In this document: positions 1-13,554 of the stretch, in pieces
Layout: each line of letters starts with the position of its first letter
How positions within the stretch are numbered: position 1 is the first letter of the stretch
Source: Anaeromyxobacteraceae bacterium
GTDB lineage: Bacteria > Myxococcota > Myxococcia > Myxococcales > Anaeromyxobacteraceae
Assembly (NCBI GenBank): GCA_032654565.1
Contig: JAULAX010000011.1
Coordinates: 33,824 to 97,823 of the forward strand
Direction: 5' to 3'
Length of the DNA: 64,000 nt
Position numbers and translations under genes: made by a program
Notes under the pieces: model-generated
The model's input: the letters and a program-made list of their open reading frames with translations, nothing else
Told to the model about the DNA's origin: nothing
Databases searched by the model: none

Positions 1-251
1 GCGTCGAGGTGGTCGGGGGCGAGCCGGAGCGCCTCCTCCAGCGCCGCCAGCGCCGCCGCCGCCTCCTCCAGCTCCAGCAGCGCCGCCCCCTCCAGCCAGT
101 GGAGGTCGGCGGCCAGCGCGTCGTCCCCGGCCCGGCGCGCCTGCCGCGCCCCCTGGCGCGCCAGCGTCACCGCCCGCTCGGCGTCGCCGTCCTGGAGGTC
201 GGCGGCGGCCTCGTCGAAGCGCTGGTCCGGGGCGTCGGGGTGCTGGGGCAC
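1..251 (-). CDS. TPR-like repeat protein, 5' part (runs off the window's left edge)
   Basis: Manual translation from GTG at 251 gives MPQHPDAPDQRFDEAAADLQDGDAERAVTLARQG...EAAAALAALEEALRLAPDHLD, a TPR-like helical pattern; lies directly downstream of the GGDEF gene. Confidence 0.6.
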   Translation of the reverse strand, partial: MPQHPDAPDQRFDEAAADLQDGDAERAVTLARQGARQARRAGDDALAADLHWLEGAALLELEEAAAALAALEEALRLAPDHLD

Positions 252-265
252 GGTGGGCTCCGGGG

Positions 266-1618
266 CTACCGCTCGCGCGACGGCGGCAGGTCGTGGGAGG
301 CGATGTAGACCACGTTCCGCGTCGACCGCTTGCCGCGGTACATGGCCCGGTCGGCCAGGTCGATGAGCTCCGACTTGGTGGTGGCGTGCTCGGGGGCGCT
401 GGCCACGCCGATGGTGGCGGTGACCCGCACCGGCGTCGCCTCCCGGGAGAGGAAGCGGTGGTCCTCGATGGCGCGGCGCACCCGCTCGGCCACCTTGAGG
501 CCGCCGCCCGAGTCGAGGCCGGTGAGCACGGTGATGTACTCGTCGCCGCCGTAGCGGACCAGCACGTCCTCGTCGCGGACGCAGCCGCGGAGCACCCGGG
601 CCACCTCGACCAGCATGCGCGAGCCGGAGAGGTGGCCGTGCTTGTCGTTGACCCCCTTGAAGTGGTCGATGTCGAGGAAGAGCAGGGTGAAGGGGCGCCC
701 GCCGGCCAGCTCGCGGTCGAGGACCATGTCGAGGTAGCGGGTGTTGTAGAGGAGGGTGAGGTCGTCGAGGTAGGCGAGGTGCTCCACCTGCTTGAGGCGC
801 CCCAGGTTGCGCAGCGCCAGGGCCAGGTGGCGGGCCAGGAAGGAGGCGCTCTCGCCCATCTCCCGGCTGGGCGCCGCGTCGGGGAAGGCCAGCGCCACCC
901 CCAGCGTGCCGTCCTCGTCGGCGAGCGGCAGGCACCAGGCGGGCCGGGCCCCGGGGTTGGCCTCGTCCAGCTCGAGGAGCCGGGGCTCGCTGCCCCGCAG
1001 GGCGCCGAGCTGGAGCCGCGCCCCCTCGAGGAGCTCGGCCGCCTCCTGGTAGACCAGCCCGTGGGCGCCGGAGAGGAGCCAGCTGCCGTCGGGCGCCACC
1101 TCGGCCAGCAGGGCGGCGCTGGCCCCGCAGGTCCCGGCCACCGCGGTCAGCCCCATGGGCACCAGGCGATCGCGATCCAGCGTCGCCGAGAGCCGCTGGC
1201 AGACCTCGAAGAGCTTGAGGTGGGCCCGCAGCGCCATGTTGTCGGCCAGCAGGGCGCGGGTGGCGAGGCTGCGGTGGACGGCGTGCTGGAGCGCCTCGGG
1301 CGTGACCGGCTTGATCAGGTAGTCGGAGGCGCCCGACTTCATGGCCCGCACCGCCGGGTCGACCTTGTCGAGCGCGGTGATCATCACCACCTCGAGGTTG
1401 GGGTCGAGCTGCTTGGCGGCGCTGAGCAGCTCCAGGCCGGAGGAGCCGGGCAGGATGACGTCGGCCACCAGCACGTCGAAGCGGCGGCCCTGGAGGATGG
1501 CCAGGGCCGCCTCGGCGTCGGCGGCCACGGCCACGTCGAAGCCGGCCGCCCGCAGGTAGTCGGAGTAGACGGTTCGAGCGAAGCGCTCGTCATCGACCAG
1601 CAGGACCGAGTGGGCCAC
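266..1618 (-). CDS. Response regulator receiver + GGDEF diguanylate cyclase
   Basis: N-terminal Rec domain (VLLVDD...VADVILP...KP); C-terminal GGDEY with RxxD I-site (RDED). Start placed at GTG 1618 (the ORF track starts at 1636). Confidence 0.9.
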   Translation of the reverse strand: MAHSVLLVDDERFARTVYSDYLRAAGFDVAVAADAEAALAILQGRRFDVLVADVILPGSSGLELLSAAKQLDPNLEVVMITALDKVDPAVRAMKSGASDYLIKPVTPEALQHAVHRSLATRALLADNMALRAHLKLFEVCQRLSATLDRDRLVPMGLTAVAGTCGASAALLAEVAPDGSWLLSGAHGLVYQEAAELLEGARLQLGALRGSEPRLLELDEANPGARPAWCLPLADEDGTLGVALAFPDAAPSREMGESASFLARHLALALRNLGRLKQVEHLAYLDDLTLLYNTRYLDMVLDRELAGGRPFTLLFLDIDHFKGVNDKHGHLSGSRMLVEVARVLRGCVRDEDVLVRYGGDEYITVLTGLDSGGGLKVAERVRRAIEDHRFLSREATPVRVTATIGVASAPEHATTKSELIDLADRAMYRGKRSTRNVVYIASHDLPPSRER

Positions 1619-1626
1619 GGCGAGGC

Positions 1627-1636
1627 AGGATATCAT
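1627..1636. promoter_or_regulatory. Overlapping back-to-back -10 elements (bidirectional, leaderless-type promoter)
   Basis: + strand TATCAT at 1631-1636, 6 nt before GTG 1643; - strand TATCCT at 1632-1627, 8 nt before GTG 1618; no SD on either side. Confidence 0.55.
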
Positions 1637-1642
1637 GGCCCG

Positions 1643-2425
1643 GTGAGCTCTCTCCCCTCGGAGCGGAAGGCGCTGCTCTTCTCGGCCGGCGGCGTGCGCC
1701 TGGCCCTGCGCCTGTCACAGCTGCGCGAGATTCGCGAGCTGCCGCCGGGGGAGGGGGAGGTGGTGATGCGGGGCGAGCCGGTGCCCACCGCCTGGGTCTC
1801 CACCGTGCTCGGCCTGCCGGCCGGGGCGGCGCGCTTCGTGCTGGTCACCGAGGACACGCCGCAGACGGCGCTGCGGGTGGAGGCGCTCCACGGCATCGTC
1901 GACCTCGGCGACGCCGAGGTCTTCCAGCTGCCCGCCCACACCCTGGTGCCGGCGCCGTCCCCCTTCGCCGGCGCCGTGGTGGTGAAGGAGGAGGTGGCGC
2001 TGGAGCTGGCGGTCTCGTCGATGGGCTTCGCGCCGCTGGAGCCGGGGGAGGATCCCCTGGAGCCGCCGCCCTCGATGGGCCCCTGGCCGGAGCGGGAGCT
2101 CCGCTTCACCCGTGGTCCATTCACCTTCGGCGTGCCGGTGTCGCTGGTGATGGCGGTGCGCGACGCGCCGCCGCTGGCCCACGTGCCGCTGGCGCCCCCG
2201 TCCCACCGCGGCCTGCTCTACCACGGGCGGGCCATCCACCCGGTCATCGACGTCGGCGTCTTCTTCGGGCTGGCCCCGTCGCTGATCCCGCCGGAGGTGC
2301 TGCTGCTCGACGCCGGCGGCGCGGCCATCGGGGTGGTGGCCGACAAGGTGCTGGGGCTGGACCGGGGCAGGGACGACGACGAGGTGCTGCGGCCGCCGTG
2401 GGACACGCTGTTCGGGCGTGGCTAG
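1643..2425 (+). CDS. Tandem CheW-like domain protein
   Basis: 3' part of ORF 293..2425; two CheW-like repeats (e.g. VPLAPPSHRGLLYHGRAIHPVIDV); sits between the Rec-GGDEF gene and romR, as recalled for myxobacteria. Confidence 0.7.
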   Translation: MSSLPSERKALLFSAGGVRLALRLSQLREIRELPPGEGEVVMRGEPVPTAWVSTVLGLPAGAARFVLVTEDTPQTALRVEALHGIVDLGDAEVFQLPAHTLVPAPSPFAGAVVVKEEVALELAVSSMGFAPLEPGEDPLEPPPSMGPWPERELRFTRGPFTFGVPVSLVMAVRDAPPLAHVPLAPPSHRGLLYHGRAIHPVIDVGVFFGLAPSLIPPEVLLLDAGGAAIGVVADKVLGLDRGRDDDEVLRPPWDTLFGRG

Positions 2426-2544
2426 GCCACCCACGGTCCGCGGCTGCCTCCGCCTAGGCACCCGTAAAGCCCCGAGAATCTTGACACTCGGGAGAGCGCG
2501 GCGGTACTCCAATGGGAGCACCAACACAGCCTTCGGGACCCTCC

Positions 2545-4041
2545 ATGCCCAAGAACCTGCTCCTCGCGGACGACTCGGTCACCATCCAGAAGGTGGTGGC
2601 CATCACGTTCGCCAACGAGGACTACGCCGTCAGCGTCGTCGCCAACGGCGAGGACGCCATCGCCAGGGCCCGGGCGGCCCGGCCCGACGTGGTGCTGCTC
2701 GACGCCACCATGCCGAAGAAGAACGGCTACGAGGCCTGCGAGGCGCTCAAGGCCGACCCGGCGATGGCCGGCGTCCCCGTCATCCTGCTGGCCGGCACCT
2801 TCGAGCCCTTCGACGAGGCGCGGGCCACGGCGGCGGGCGCCGACGCCTTCATCCAGAAGCCGTTCGAGAGCCAGGCGCTCATCAACAAGGTCCGCGAGCT
2901 GGTCGAGGGCAAGGCCCCGGTGGCGGCGCTGGGCGCCACGCCGCTCGCCTTCGGCGCCTCCGGCGCCGCGCCCGCCCCGCCGGCCCCGGCCAGCAGGCCG
3001 GGGGTCGCCCCGCCCCGGCCGCAGGTTGCGGCCGCGCCACCACCCCCGCCCGCCTCCGCAGCCCCGCCGGCGGCTCGCCCGGCCGGCGGCTCGCCCGGCC
3101 CGGGCGCCATGCCGCCTCCCGGGGCTCGGCCGCCTCCGGGCGCCATGCCGCCTCCCGGGGCTCGGCCGCCGCCGGGCGCCATGCCGCCTCCCGGGGCTCG
3201 ACCGCCGCCGGGCGCCATGCCGCCCCCGGGGGCTCGCCCGCCGCTGAGCGCCTTCCCGCCCCCCGTGGCCCGTCCCACGGCCGCCATGCCGCCCCCGGGC
3301 GCCCGGCCGCCTCCGCCGGACCTGGCGCCGCGTCCGCTCGCCCCGCCGGCTCCGCCGCCCGCCGCGGCGGCGCCGCGCCCGTTCTCCATGCCCCCGCCGC
3401 CCGCCGCGGCCACGCCGCGCCCGTTCGCCATGACCCCGCCGCCATCGGCGCCCGTCCAGCCGCCGGCCAGGCTCGACCCCTTTGGCCTCGACGTCGCCAC
3501 GCCCCGGCCCCCGCCGCCGGCGCCGGTGCCGGTGCCGGTGCCGGTGTCCGCGCCCGCGCCCGCCGCGGCCGAGGATGACTGGAGCGACATCGAGGTCACG
3601 CCGTCGGAGCCGCTGTCGGCCCGCGCCCCGGTGGCCCCGCCGCCCCCCGCGGCTCGGGCCGCGCCTCCGCCCGAACCGGCCCGGGCCCCGGAGCCGGAGC
3701 CGGAGCCGGCCTTCGAGCTGGAGCCCGCGACCAGCGGCTTCGAGCCGATCGAGCTGCCCGCCGAGGAGCCGGGCGAGGCCCCGCTGCTGTCCCCCATGCA
3801 CGAGTTCGTCCCGGCCGCCGAGTCCACCGGTCACCAGCCGGCCCCGGCCGAGGCGCCGGTCGCCGCGTCCCCGCTGGCCCCGGCGGCGCCGGCCGACGGC
3901 GGCGAGGCGGTGCTGCGCGAGGCGCTCTCCCGGGCCTCCCGCGAGGTGATCGAGCGCGTCGTATGGGAAGTGGTCCCCCAGCTCGCCGAGACCATCATCC
4001 GCGAGAACCTCGATCGCCTCACCCGGGCGCGCCAGGGCTGA
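2545..4041 (+). CDS. romR: RomR polarity response regulator (Rec, Pro/Ala-rich linker, conserved C-terminal helix)
   Basis: MPKNLLLADDSVTIQKVV receiver; long Pro-rich linker; C-terminus ADGGEAVLREALSRASREVIERVVWEVVPQLAETIIRE matches the recalled RomR C-terminal region; directly upstream of valS. Confidence 0.88.
   Translation: MPKNLLLADDSVTIQKVVAITFANEDYAVSVVANGEDAIARARAARPDVVLLDATMPKKNGYEACEALKADPAMAGVPVILLAGTFEPFDEARATAAGADAFIQKPFESQALINKVRELVEGKAPVAALGATPLAFGASGAAPAPPAPASRPGVAPPRPQVAAAPPPPPASAAPPAARPAGGSPGPGAMPPPGARPPPGAMPPPGARPPPGAMPPPGARPPPGAMPPPGARPPLSAFPPPVARPTAAMPPPGARPPPPDLAPRPLAPPAPPPAAAAPRPFSMPPPPAAATPRPFAMTPPPSAPVQPPARLDPFGLDVATPRPPPPAPVPVPVPVSAPAPAAAEDDWSDIEVTPSEPLSARAPVAPPPPAARAAPPPEPARAPEPEPEPAFELEPATSGFEPIELPAEEPGEAPLLSPMHEFVPAAESTGHQPAPAEAPVAASPLAPAAPADGGEAVLREALSRASREVIERVVWEVVPQLAETIIRENLDRLTRARQG
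3103..3243 (+). repeat. In-frame 36-bp tandem repeat encoding (GAMPPPGARPPP)x4 in the RomR linker
   Basis: Seen directly in DNA and in the translation. Confidence 0.9.
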
Positions 4042-4133
4042 GCCCGAGCCGCCGAGCCGATCGCCCGAACCAACCCGCGCCGCCAGCGCCCCGCCAGGAG
4101 CGGACGCCGGTGCTCGTGGCGCCAGGAGCCGAC

Positions 4134-7286
<3,153 letters not shown>

Positions 7287-7289
7287 CCG

Positions 7290-8126
7290 ATGGCCCGGCT
7301 CGCCGCCCACGCCGAGCGGCTGGTGGAGCTGGCGCTCGAGGAGGACCTCCTCCTCGGCGACGCCACCAGCGAGGCCACCATCGACGCCGCGGCGCGCGGC
7401 GTGGCCCGGTTCCTCGCCAAGGAGGAGCTGGTCCTCGCCGGCAGCGCGGTCGCCGTCCACGTCTTCGAGCGGCTCGGCTGCACCTGCCGCTTCGAGGTCG
7501 AGGACGGCGCCTCGGTGGCCTGCGGGGCGTGGTTCGGCGAGGCGGCGGGGCCGGTCCGGGCGCTGCTCGGGGCCGAGCGGACGGCGCTCAACTTCCTGCA
7601 GCGGCTCTCCGGGGTGGCCACCACCACGCGCCGCTGCGTCGAGGCCCTGGCGGCGGGTGGCGCCAGGACCCGCCTGCTCGACACCCGCAAGACCACGCCG
7701 GGCTGGCGGCTGCTGGAGAAGGCTGCGGTGCGGGCCGGCGGCGGCACCAACCACCGGGTCAGCCTCGGCGACGGCGTGCTCATCAAGGACAACCACGTGG
7801 CCGCCTGCGGCGGCGTGGGCGAGGCGGTGCGGCGGGCCCGGACCCGGGCCGGCGCCATGCTCAAGATCGAGGTCGAGGTGGTGGACCTGCCCGGGCTCGA
7901 CGCCGCCATCGCCGCCGGGGCCGACATCGTCCTGCTCGACAACATGACCGACGAGGCCATGGCCGCCGCGGTCCAGCGGGCCGCCGGCCGGGTCCTGCTG
8001 GAGGCCTCGGGCAACATGACGCAGGAGCGGCTCCCCCGGGTGGCCGCCACCGGCGTCGACTTCGTCTCCATGGGGGCGCTGACCCACTCGGCGCGGGCGG
8101 TCGACATCTCGCTCGAGCTGTCCTAG
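7290..8126 (+). CDS. nadC: Nicotinate-nucleotide diphosphorylase (quinolinate phosphoribosyltransferase)
   Basis: ERTALNFLQRLSGVAT, DTRKTTPG, LIKDNH, IVLLDNM, EASGN motifs. Confidence 0.97.
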   Translation: MARLAAHAERLVELALEEDLLLGDATSEATIDAAARGVARFLAKEELVLAGSAVAVHVFERLGCTCRFEVEDGASVACGAWFGEAAGPVRALLGAERTALNFLQRLSGVATTTRRCVEALAAGGARTRLLDTRKTTPGWRLLEKAAVRAGGGTNHRVSLGDGVLIKDNHVAACGGVGEAVRRARTRAGAMLKIEVEVVDLPGLDAAIAAGADIVLLDNMTDEAMAAAVQRAAGRVLLEASGNMTQERLPRVAATGVDFVSMGALTHSARAVDISLELS

Positions 8127-8140
8127 CGCCCCGCCCCGCC

Positions 8141-8192
8141 CCAGGCCAGACCAGGCCAGACCAGGCCAGACCAGGCCAGAGGAGACCAGGCC
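8141..8192 (+). repeat. Intergenic 10-bp tandem repeat (CCAGGCCAGA)x4 plus a partial copy
   Basis: Four perfect copies at 8141-8180, then GGAGACCAGGCC. Confidence 0.95.
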
Positions 8193-8236
8193 GCGCCGCG
8201 CGCCGTCGTGGTCCGGGGGTGCGCGGGCCGGGCCGA

Positions 8237-8265
8237 TTGACACCCTCGCCCCGGGCCACCAAGAT
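8237..8265 (+). promoter_or_regulatory. Putative sigma70 promoter of birA
   Basis: TTGACA-17 nt-CAAGAT, 9 nt before GTG 8275. Confidence 0.55.
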
Positions 8266-8274
8266 CGACCCGTC

Positions 8275-9279
8275 GTGACTCCCGAACTGGTAGCGAGCGA
8301 GAGCGCCGAGCTGGTCCTCACCTTCCTGGCCGAGGCCGGCGACGACGTGGTCTCGGGCGAGGCCATCAGCGACAAGCTCGGGCTCACCCGCGCCGCCGTC
8401 TGGAAGCACGTCGAGGCGCTGCGCGGCCAGGGCTACCGCATCGACGCGGTGGCGACGCGCGGCTACCGGCTGGTGGCGGTGCCCGACCGGCTCCGCTCCC
8501 TGGAGCTCCGGCCGCTCCTCAACACCCACGACATCGGCCAGGTGCTCCACTGCTTCGAGTCGCTCGGCTCCACCAGCGACCACGCCAAGGCGCTCGCCGA
8601 GGACGGGGCCGGGCACGGCGAGGTGGTCGTGGCCGAGAGCCAGACCGACGGCCGGGGCCGGCGCGGCCGCAGCTGGGTGATGGCGCCGGGGCGCAACGTG
8701 GCCTTCTCGGTGGTGCTGCGCCCCTCCGACCTGCCCCCCGCCCGCGCCCCCGAGCTGACCCTGGTGGCGTCCCTGGCGATCTGCGACGCCCTGCGCCGGT
8801 CCGGGGTCGAGGCCGGCATCAAGTGGCCCAACGACCTGCTGGTGGACGGCCGCAAGATCGCCGGCATCCTCACCGAGCTGGCCGCCGAGCCCGACCAGGT
8901 CCACTGGGTGGTGGTGGGGGTGGGCGTCAACGTCAACGCCCGGGAGGAGGACTTCTCCCCGGAGCTGCGCCCCCACGCCACCAGCGTGCTGCTGGAGCGC
9001 GGGCAGCCGGCGCCGCGGGCCCTCTTCCTGGCCGCCTGCCTGACGCTGCTGGAGGAGTGGTTCGACCGGCACGCCGAGGAGGGCTTCGAGCCCATCCGCG
9101 AGGCCTGGAAGGCGCGCTCGGTGACGCTGGGCCGGGAGGTGGTGGTGCAGCTCGACGGCCGCGAGGTGGTGGGGGTGGCCGAGGACCTCGACGCCACCGG
9201 CGCGCTGCTGGTCCGCACCGCCGCCGGCCTGGAGCGCATCACCTCGGGCGACGTTGCGCTGCTCCGGCCTCGCGGCTAA
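8275..9279 (+). CDS. birA: Bifunctional biotin--[acetyl-CoA carboxylase] ligase / repressor (type II, N-terminal HTH)
   Basis: VSGEAISDKLGLTRAAVWKHV HTH; QTDGRGRRGRSW; KWPNDL; KIAGIL. Confidence 0.96.
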   Translation: MTPELVASESAELVLTFLAEAGDDVVSGEAISDKLGLTRAAVWKHVEALRGQGYRIDAVATRGYRLVAVPDRLRSLELRPLLNTHDIGQVLHCFESLGSTSDHAKALAEDGAGHGEVVVAESQTDGRGRRGRSWVMAPGRNVAFSVVLRPSDLPPARAPELTLVASLAICDALRRSGVEAGIKWPNDLLVDGRKIAGILTELAAEPDQVHWVVVGVGVNVNAREEDFSPELRPHATSVLLERGQPAPRALFLAACLTLLEEWFDRHAEEGFEPIREAWKARSVTLGREVVVQLDGREVVGVAEDLDATGALLVRTAAGLERITSGDVALLRPRG

Positions 9280-9288
9280 CCTCGCGTC

Positions 9289-10049
<761 letters not shown>

Positions 10050-10053
<4 letters not shown>

Positions 10054-10595
10054 CCGCCCCGGCCGACAGGCTGGTGGCCGCCGCCGGGGAGGGCGAGCCG
10101 CTCCGGGCGGGGCTGGCCGCCTTCGCGGCGCGGGACCTGCCCACCGCGCACGCCGCCTTCGAGCGGGCCCACCGGCGGGACCCACGGGAGCCCCGGGCCA
10201 TGTCCTGGTACGGCGTCACCCTGGTGCTGGTGGAGAAGAACATCACCCTGGGGATCTCGCTCTGCGACGCCGCGCTGCGCCCGATGCCCAGCGATCCCGA
10301 GCTGCTGCTCAACTCGGCCAGGATCCACCTCGCCCTCAACCAGCGGCAGCGGGCCTCCAAGGCCATCACCCGGGGGCTGGTGGCCTGGCCCGACCACCCG
10401 GGGCTGCGGGCGGCGCGAGACGCGCTCGGCACCCGGCGCCGCCCCTTCATCCCCATGCTGTCACGCGATCACCCGCTCAACCGGCTGCTCGGCCGGCTGC
10501 GCCACGACTGGGCGACGCGCAAGCAGCCGGCCTTCGACCTCGCCCCCGAGACGCTGGGCCTCCCCGTCGAGGCCGACGCGCCGCCACGGAGCTGA
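10050..10595 (+). CDS. Hypothetical protein with TPR-like repeats
   Basis: 3' part of ORF 8823..10595; GTGA overlap with the coaX stop; TPR-like helices. Confidence 0.7.
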
Positions 10596-10598
10596 ACC

Positions 10599-11738
10599 AT
10601 GTCCGACTGTCCGCTCGCGCTCGACGTCCTCCCCAAGCCGCTGCAGAAGCACGCCGACGAGAAGGCGCCGCTGCCGCTCCGGCTCATGGGCGCCAAGGGG
10701 CTGGTGCCGGCGGTGGCCGCGCCCGACCTGGTGACCCTGCTCTACGTCCTCGCCTTCGACCCCGAGGCCGAGGTGCGGGAGACGGCGACGCGCACCGCCA
10801 CCGGGCTGCCCGACAAGATCTACGGGGTGGCGCTGCGGGCCGAGGGGCTGCGGGGCCAGGTGCTCGACTGGCTGGCCGACCGGTTCACCGGGAAGGAGCA
10901 GGCCATGGAGCTCATCCTGCTCAACCCGTCGACGCTCGACGAGACCATGGCCCGGCTGGCCCCGGCGGTGTCGCAGCCGCTGGTGGAGATCATCCGCCAG
11001 AACGAGCTGCGCCTGCTGCGCCACGACGACATCATCCGGGCGCTCTGCCAGAACCCCAGCGCCCTGGCCTCGACCATCGACGGCGCCTGCGACTTCTGCG
11101 TCCGCAACGGCCTGCTGCTGCTCGACGTGCCGCAGCTCATCGAGGCGCACAAGCGCGTCCACGGCGTCGACCCCACGGTGCACCCGCCGGTGGAGTCGGA
11201 GACCGCCGAGACGCTGATGAGCGAGTACCGCGCCGAGCTGGCGGTGGAGCCGGTCGACGAGGGCCAGCGGGGGGTGGAGACCAAGGAGGAGGCCACCCGC
11301 AAGCTCAACATGACCCAGCGGGTCATGCAGATGTCGGTCTCGCAGAAGATCAAGCTGGCCACCCTGGGCAACCGCGAGGCCCGCACCCTGCTGCTGCGCG
11401 ACTCCAACAAGCTGGTCAGCATGGCGGCGGTCACCAGCCCGCGCATCACCGACGGCGAGATCCTCGGGCTGGCCAACTCGCGGACCGTCAACGCCGACGT
11501 GCTGCGCTTCATCTACTCCAACCGGGAGTTCACCCGGACCTACGTGATCAAGTCCTCGCTGGTGAAGAACCCCAAGGTGCCGCTCCCCACGGCGCTGAAG
11601 ATGATGTTCACGCTGCAGGAGAAGGACATCAAGGAGCTGGCCCGCGATCGCAACGTGCCCCAGACCATCCAGTCGCAGGCCAAGGCCTTCCTGATGAAGA
11701 AGGAGCAGGCGGCCCGGGCCAACATGGACAAGAAGTAG
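10599..11738 (+). CDS. Conserved hypothetical helical-repeat protein
   Basis: Clean ORF with typical codon use; C-terminal KIKLATLGNREARTLLLRDSNKLV...LVKNPKVP segment resembles a deltaproteobacterial family recalled near frzS. Confidence 0.8.
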   Translation: MSDCPLALDVLPKPLQKHADEKAPLPLRLMGAKGLVPAVAAPDLVTLLYVLAFDPEAEVRETATRTATGLPDKIYGVALRAEGLRGQVLDWLADRFTGKEQAMELILLNPSTLDETMARLAPAVSQPLVEIIRQNELRLLRHDDIIRALCQNPSALASTIDGACDFCVRNGLLLLDVPQLIEAHKRVHGVDPTVHPPVESETAETLMSEYRAELAVEPVDEGQRGVETKEEATRKLNMTQRVMQMSVSQKIKLATLGNREARTLLLRDSNKLVSMAAVTSPRITDGEILGLANSRTVNADVLRFIYSNREFTRTYVIKSSLVKNPKVPLPTALKMMFTLQEKDIKELARDRNVPQTIQSQAKAFLMKKEQAARANMDKK

Positions 11739-13309
11739 TGAAGGTCGGACGCGCCATCTGGCTGTCGGCGGCCACCATGGCCTCGCGGGTGCTCGGGCTC
11801 CTGCGGGACCAGCTCTTCGTCATCCTCATGGGCGCCAGCCGGTGGTCGGACGCCTTCGTGGTGGCCTTCCGCCTCCCCAACCTGCTGCGCGATCTCTTCG
11901 CCGAGGGGGCGCTCTCCAGCGCCTTCGTCCCCACCTTCGCCGACGCCCGGCGCAACCGCGGCCCCGAGGAGGCGTGGCGGCTGGCCGGGACGGTGGTGTC
12001 GCTGGTGCTGGTGGTGGTGGGGGCGCTGGTGCTGGCCGGCGTCACCTGGGCCGACCAGGTGGTGGCGGTCACCGCGCCCGGGCTGGGTGAGTTCGCCGGG
12101 ATCACCGCCGGCCTCACCCGGGTGATGATGCCGTTCCTCCTCCTGGTCTCGCTCTCGGCGGTGGCCATGGGGATGCTCAACGCCCAGGGGCGCTTCACCG
12201 CGCCGGCGCTGGCGCCCGCCCTCTTCAACGTCGGCTCGATCGCGGTCGGGCTCGGGCTCTGGTGGGCGGGCTGGCCGCCGGAGCGGGCGGTGCAGGGCTG
12301 GGCCCTGGGGACGCTGCTGGGGGGCGTGCTCCAGCTCCTCGCCCAGCTCCCCTCGCTGCGGGCCACCGGCTGGCGACCCATGCTGGGGATCACCCGGGCC
12401 CGGCTGGCGGATCCCGGGGTGCGGCGCATCGGCCGGCTCATGGCGGCGTCGGTGATCGGGCTGTCGGCGACGCAGGTGAACATCCTGGTCAACCAGGCCT
12501 TCGCCTCGTACGAGGCGGGCGCGGCGACCTGGCTGCAGATGGCCTTCCGGCTCATGCAGCTGCCGCTGGGCGTCTTCGGGGTGGCCATCGCCACGGTGGC
12601 CGGGGCCGGGGTGGCGCAGGCGGCGGCGGCGCGCGATCTCGGGGCGGCCAAGAAGACGCTCGGCTCGGCGCTTCGGCTGGTGGCGTTCTTCAACGTCCCG
12701 TCGGCGGTGGGGCTGGCGGTGGTGGGCGGGCCGATCGTGTCGCTGATCTACCAGCACGGGCGGTTCGGGGCGGCCGACGCCGAGGCCACGGCCCAGGCGC
12801 TGGCCTGCTACGCGCTGGGGCTCTACGCCTACTCGGCGGTCAAGGTGATGGCGCCGGCGTTCTACGCGCTCGACCGGGCCAGGGTGCCGGTGGTGGGGTC
12901 GATCCTGGGGATGGTGGTGAACGTCGGGCTGAACGTGGCGCTCTATCCGGTGCTCGGGTTCAGGGGGGTGGCGCTGGGGACGTCGCTGGCGGCGGGGGCC
13001 AACCTGACGGTGCTGCTGGTGGCGTGGCGGCGGGAGTACGGGGGGCTGGGCGGGGCGGGGCTGGTGCCTCAATTACTCCGGGTGTCGGCGGCGTCGGCGG
13101 TGCTGGCGGCGGTGGCGTGGGGCACGGCGGCGGCGCTGGGCGCGGCGCTCCCTCCGGGAGGGCTCTGGAGGCAGGCGGTGGTCGGGCTGGTGCCGGTGGC
13201 GGCGGGGGCGGCGGCCTACTTCGGCGTGGCGCGGTGGCTCGGGGTGGAGGAGTTGGGGGAGGTGCTCGCGGCTCTGAAGCGCCGGAAGCCCGATCCCGTC
13301 CGAGAGTAG
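11738..13309 (+). CDS. murJ: Lipid II flippase MurJ (MviN)
   Basis: SRVLGLLRD, AFRLPNLLRDLFAEGALSSAFVPT, RLMQLPLGVFG; many TM helices. Confidence 0.95.
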   Translation: MKVGRAIWLSAATMASRVLGLLRDQLFVILMGASRWSDAFVVAFRLPNLLRDLFAEGALSSAFVPTFADARRNRGPEEAWRLAGTVVSLVLVVVGALVLAGVTWADQVVAVTAPGLGEFAGITAGLTRVMMPFLLLVSLSAVAMGMLNAQGRFTAPALAPALFNVGSIAVGLGLWWAGWPPERAVQGWALGTLLGGVLQLLAQLPSLRATGWRPMLGITRARLADPGVRRIGRLMAASVIGLSATQVNILVNQAFASYEAGAATWLQMAFRLMQLPLGVFGVAIATVAGAGVAQAAAARDLGAAKKTLGSALRLVAFFNVPSAVGLAVVGGPIVSLIYQHGRFGAADAEATAQALACYALGLYAYSAVKVMAPAFYALDRARVPVVGSILGMVVNVGLNVALYPVLGFRGVALGTSLAAGANLTVLLVAWRREYGGLGGAGLVPQLLRVSAASAVLAAVAWGTAAALGAALPPGGLWRQAVVGLVPVAAGAAAYFGVARWLGVEELGEVLAALKRRKPDPVRE

Positions 13310-13311
13310 TT
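13294..13311 (+). repeat. 18-bp GTAG-containing motif, copy 1 (1 mismatch); contains the murJ stop codon
   Basis: TCCCGTCCGAGAGTAGTT; TAG at 13307-13309 ends murJ. Confidence 0.9.
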
Positions 13312-13554
13312 GGGCCAAGTTCACGATCTCGGTATCGGGCGCCCGCCTGGTGGGTAGGGAGGCGGGGCGACAGAGACCGGCAAGGAGTCCCTGCCGGGGA
13401 GGTGAGGCGCCCGTGCAGGACTCAGAGGCGCCCGGATGTCATCCAGCCACCAGTCGTGCGGCGCCTTCGGCCGTCCCCAGGCAGTCCCCGACCGCGGCCT
13501 GAGGCTGCCGAAGCGGTGACGAGGCTGAGTGAGGGAATCTGACGGGGCGGTGAG

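Noticed and set aside
140..160. Possible frameshift at a C-run in the first gene
   Set aside because: Recounting the run (5 C) keeps the reading frame intact
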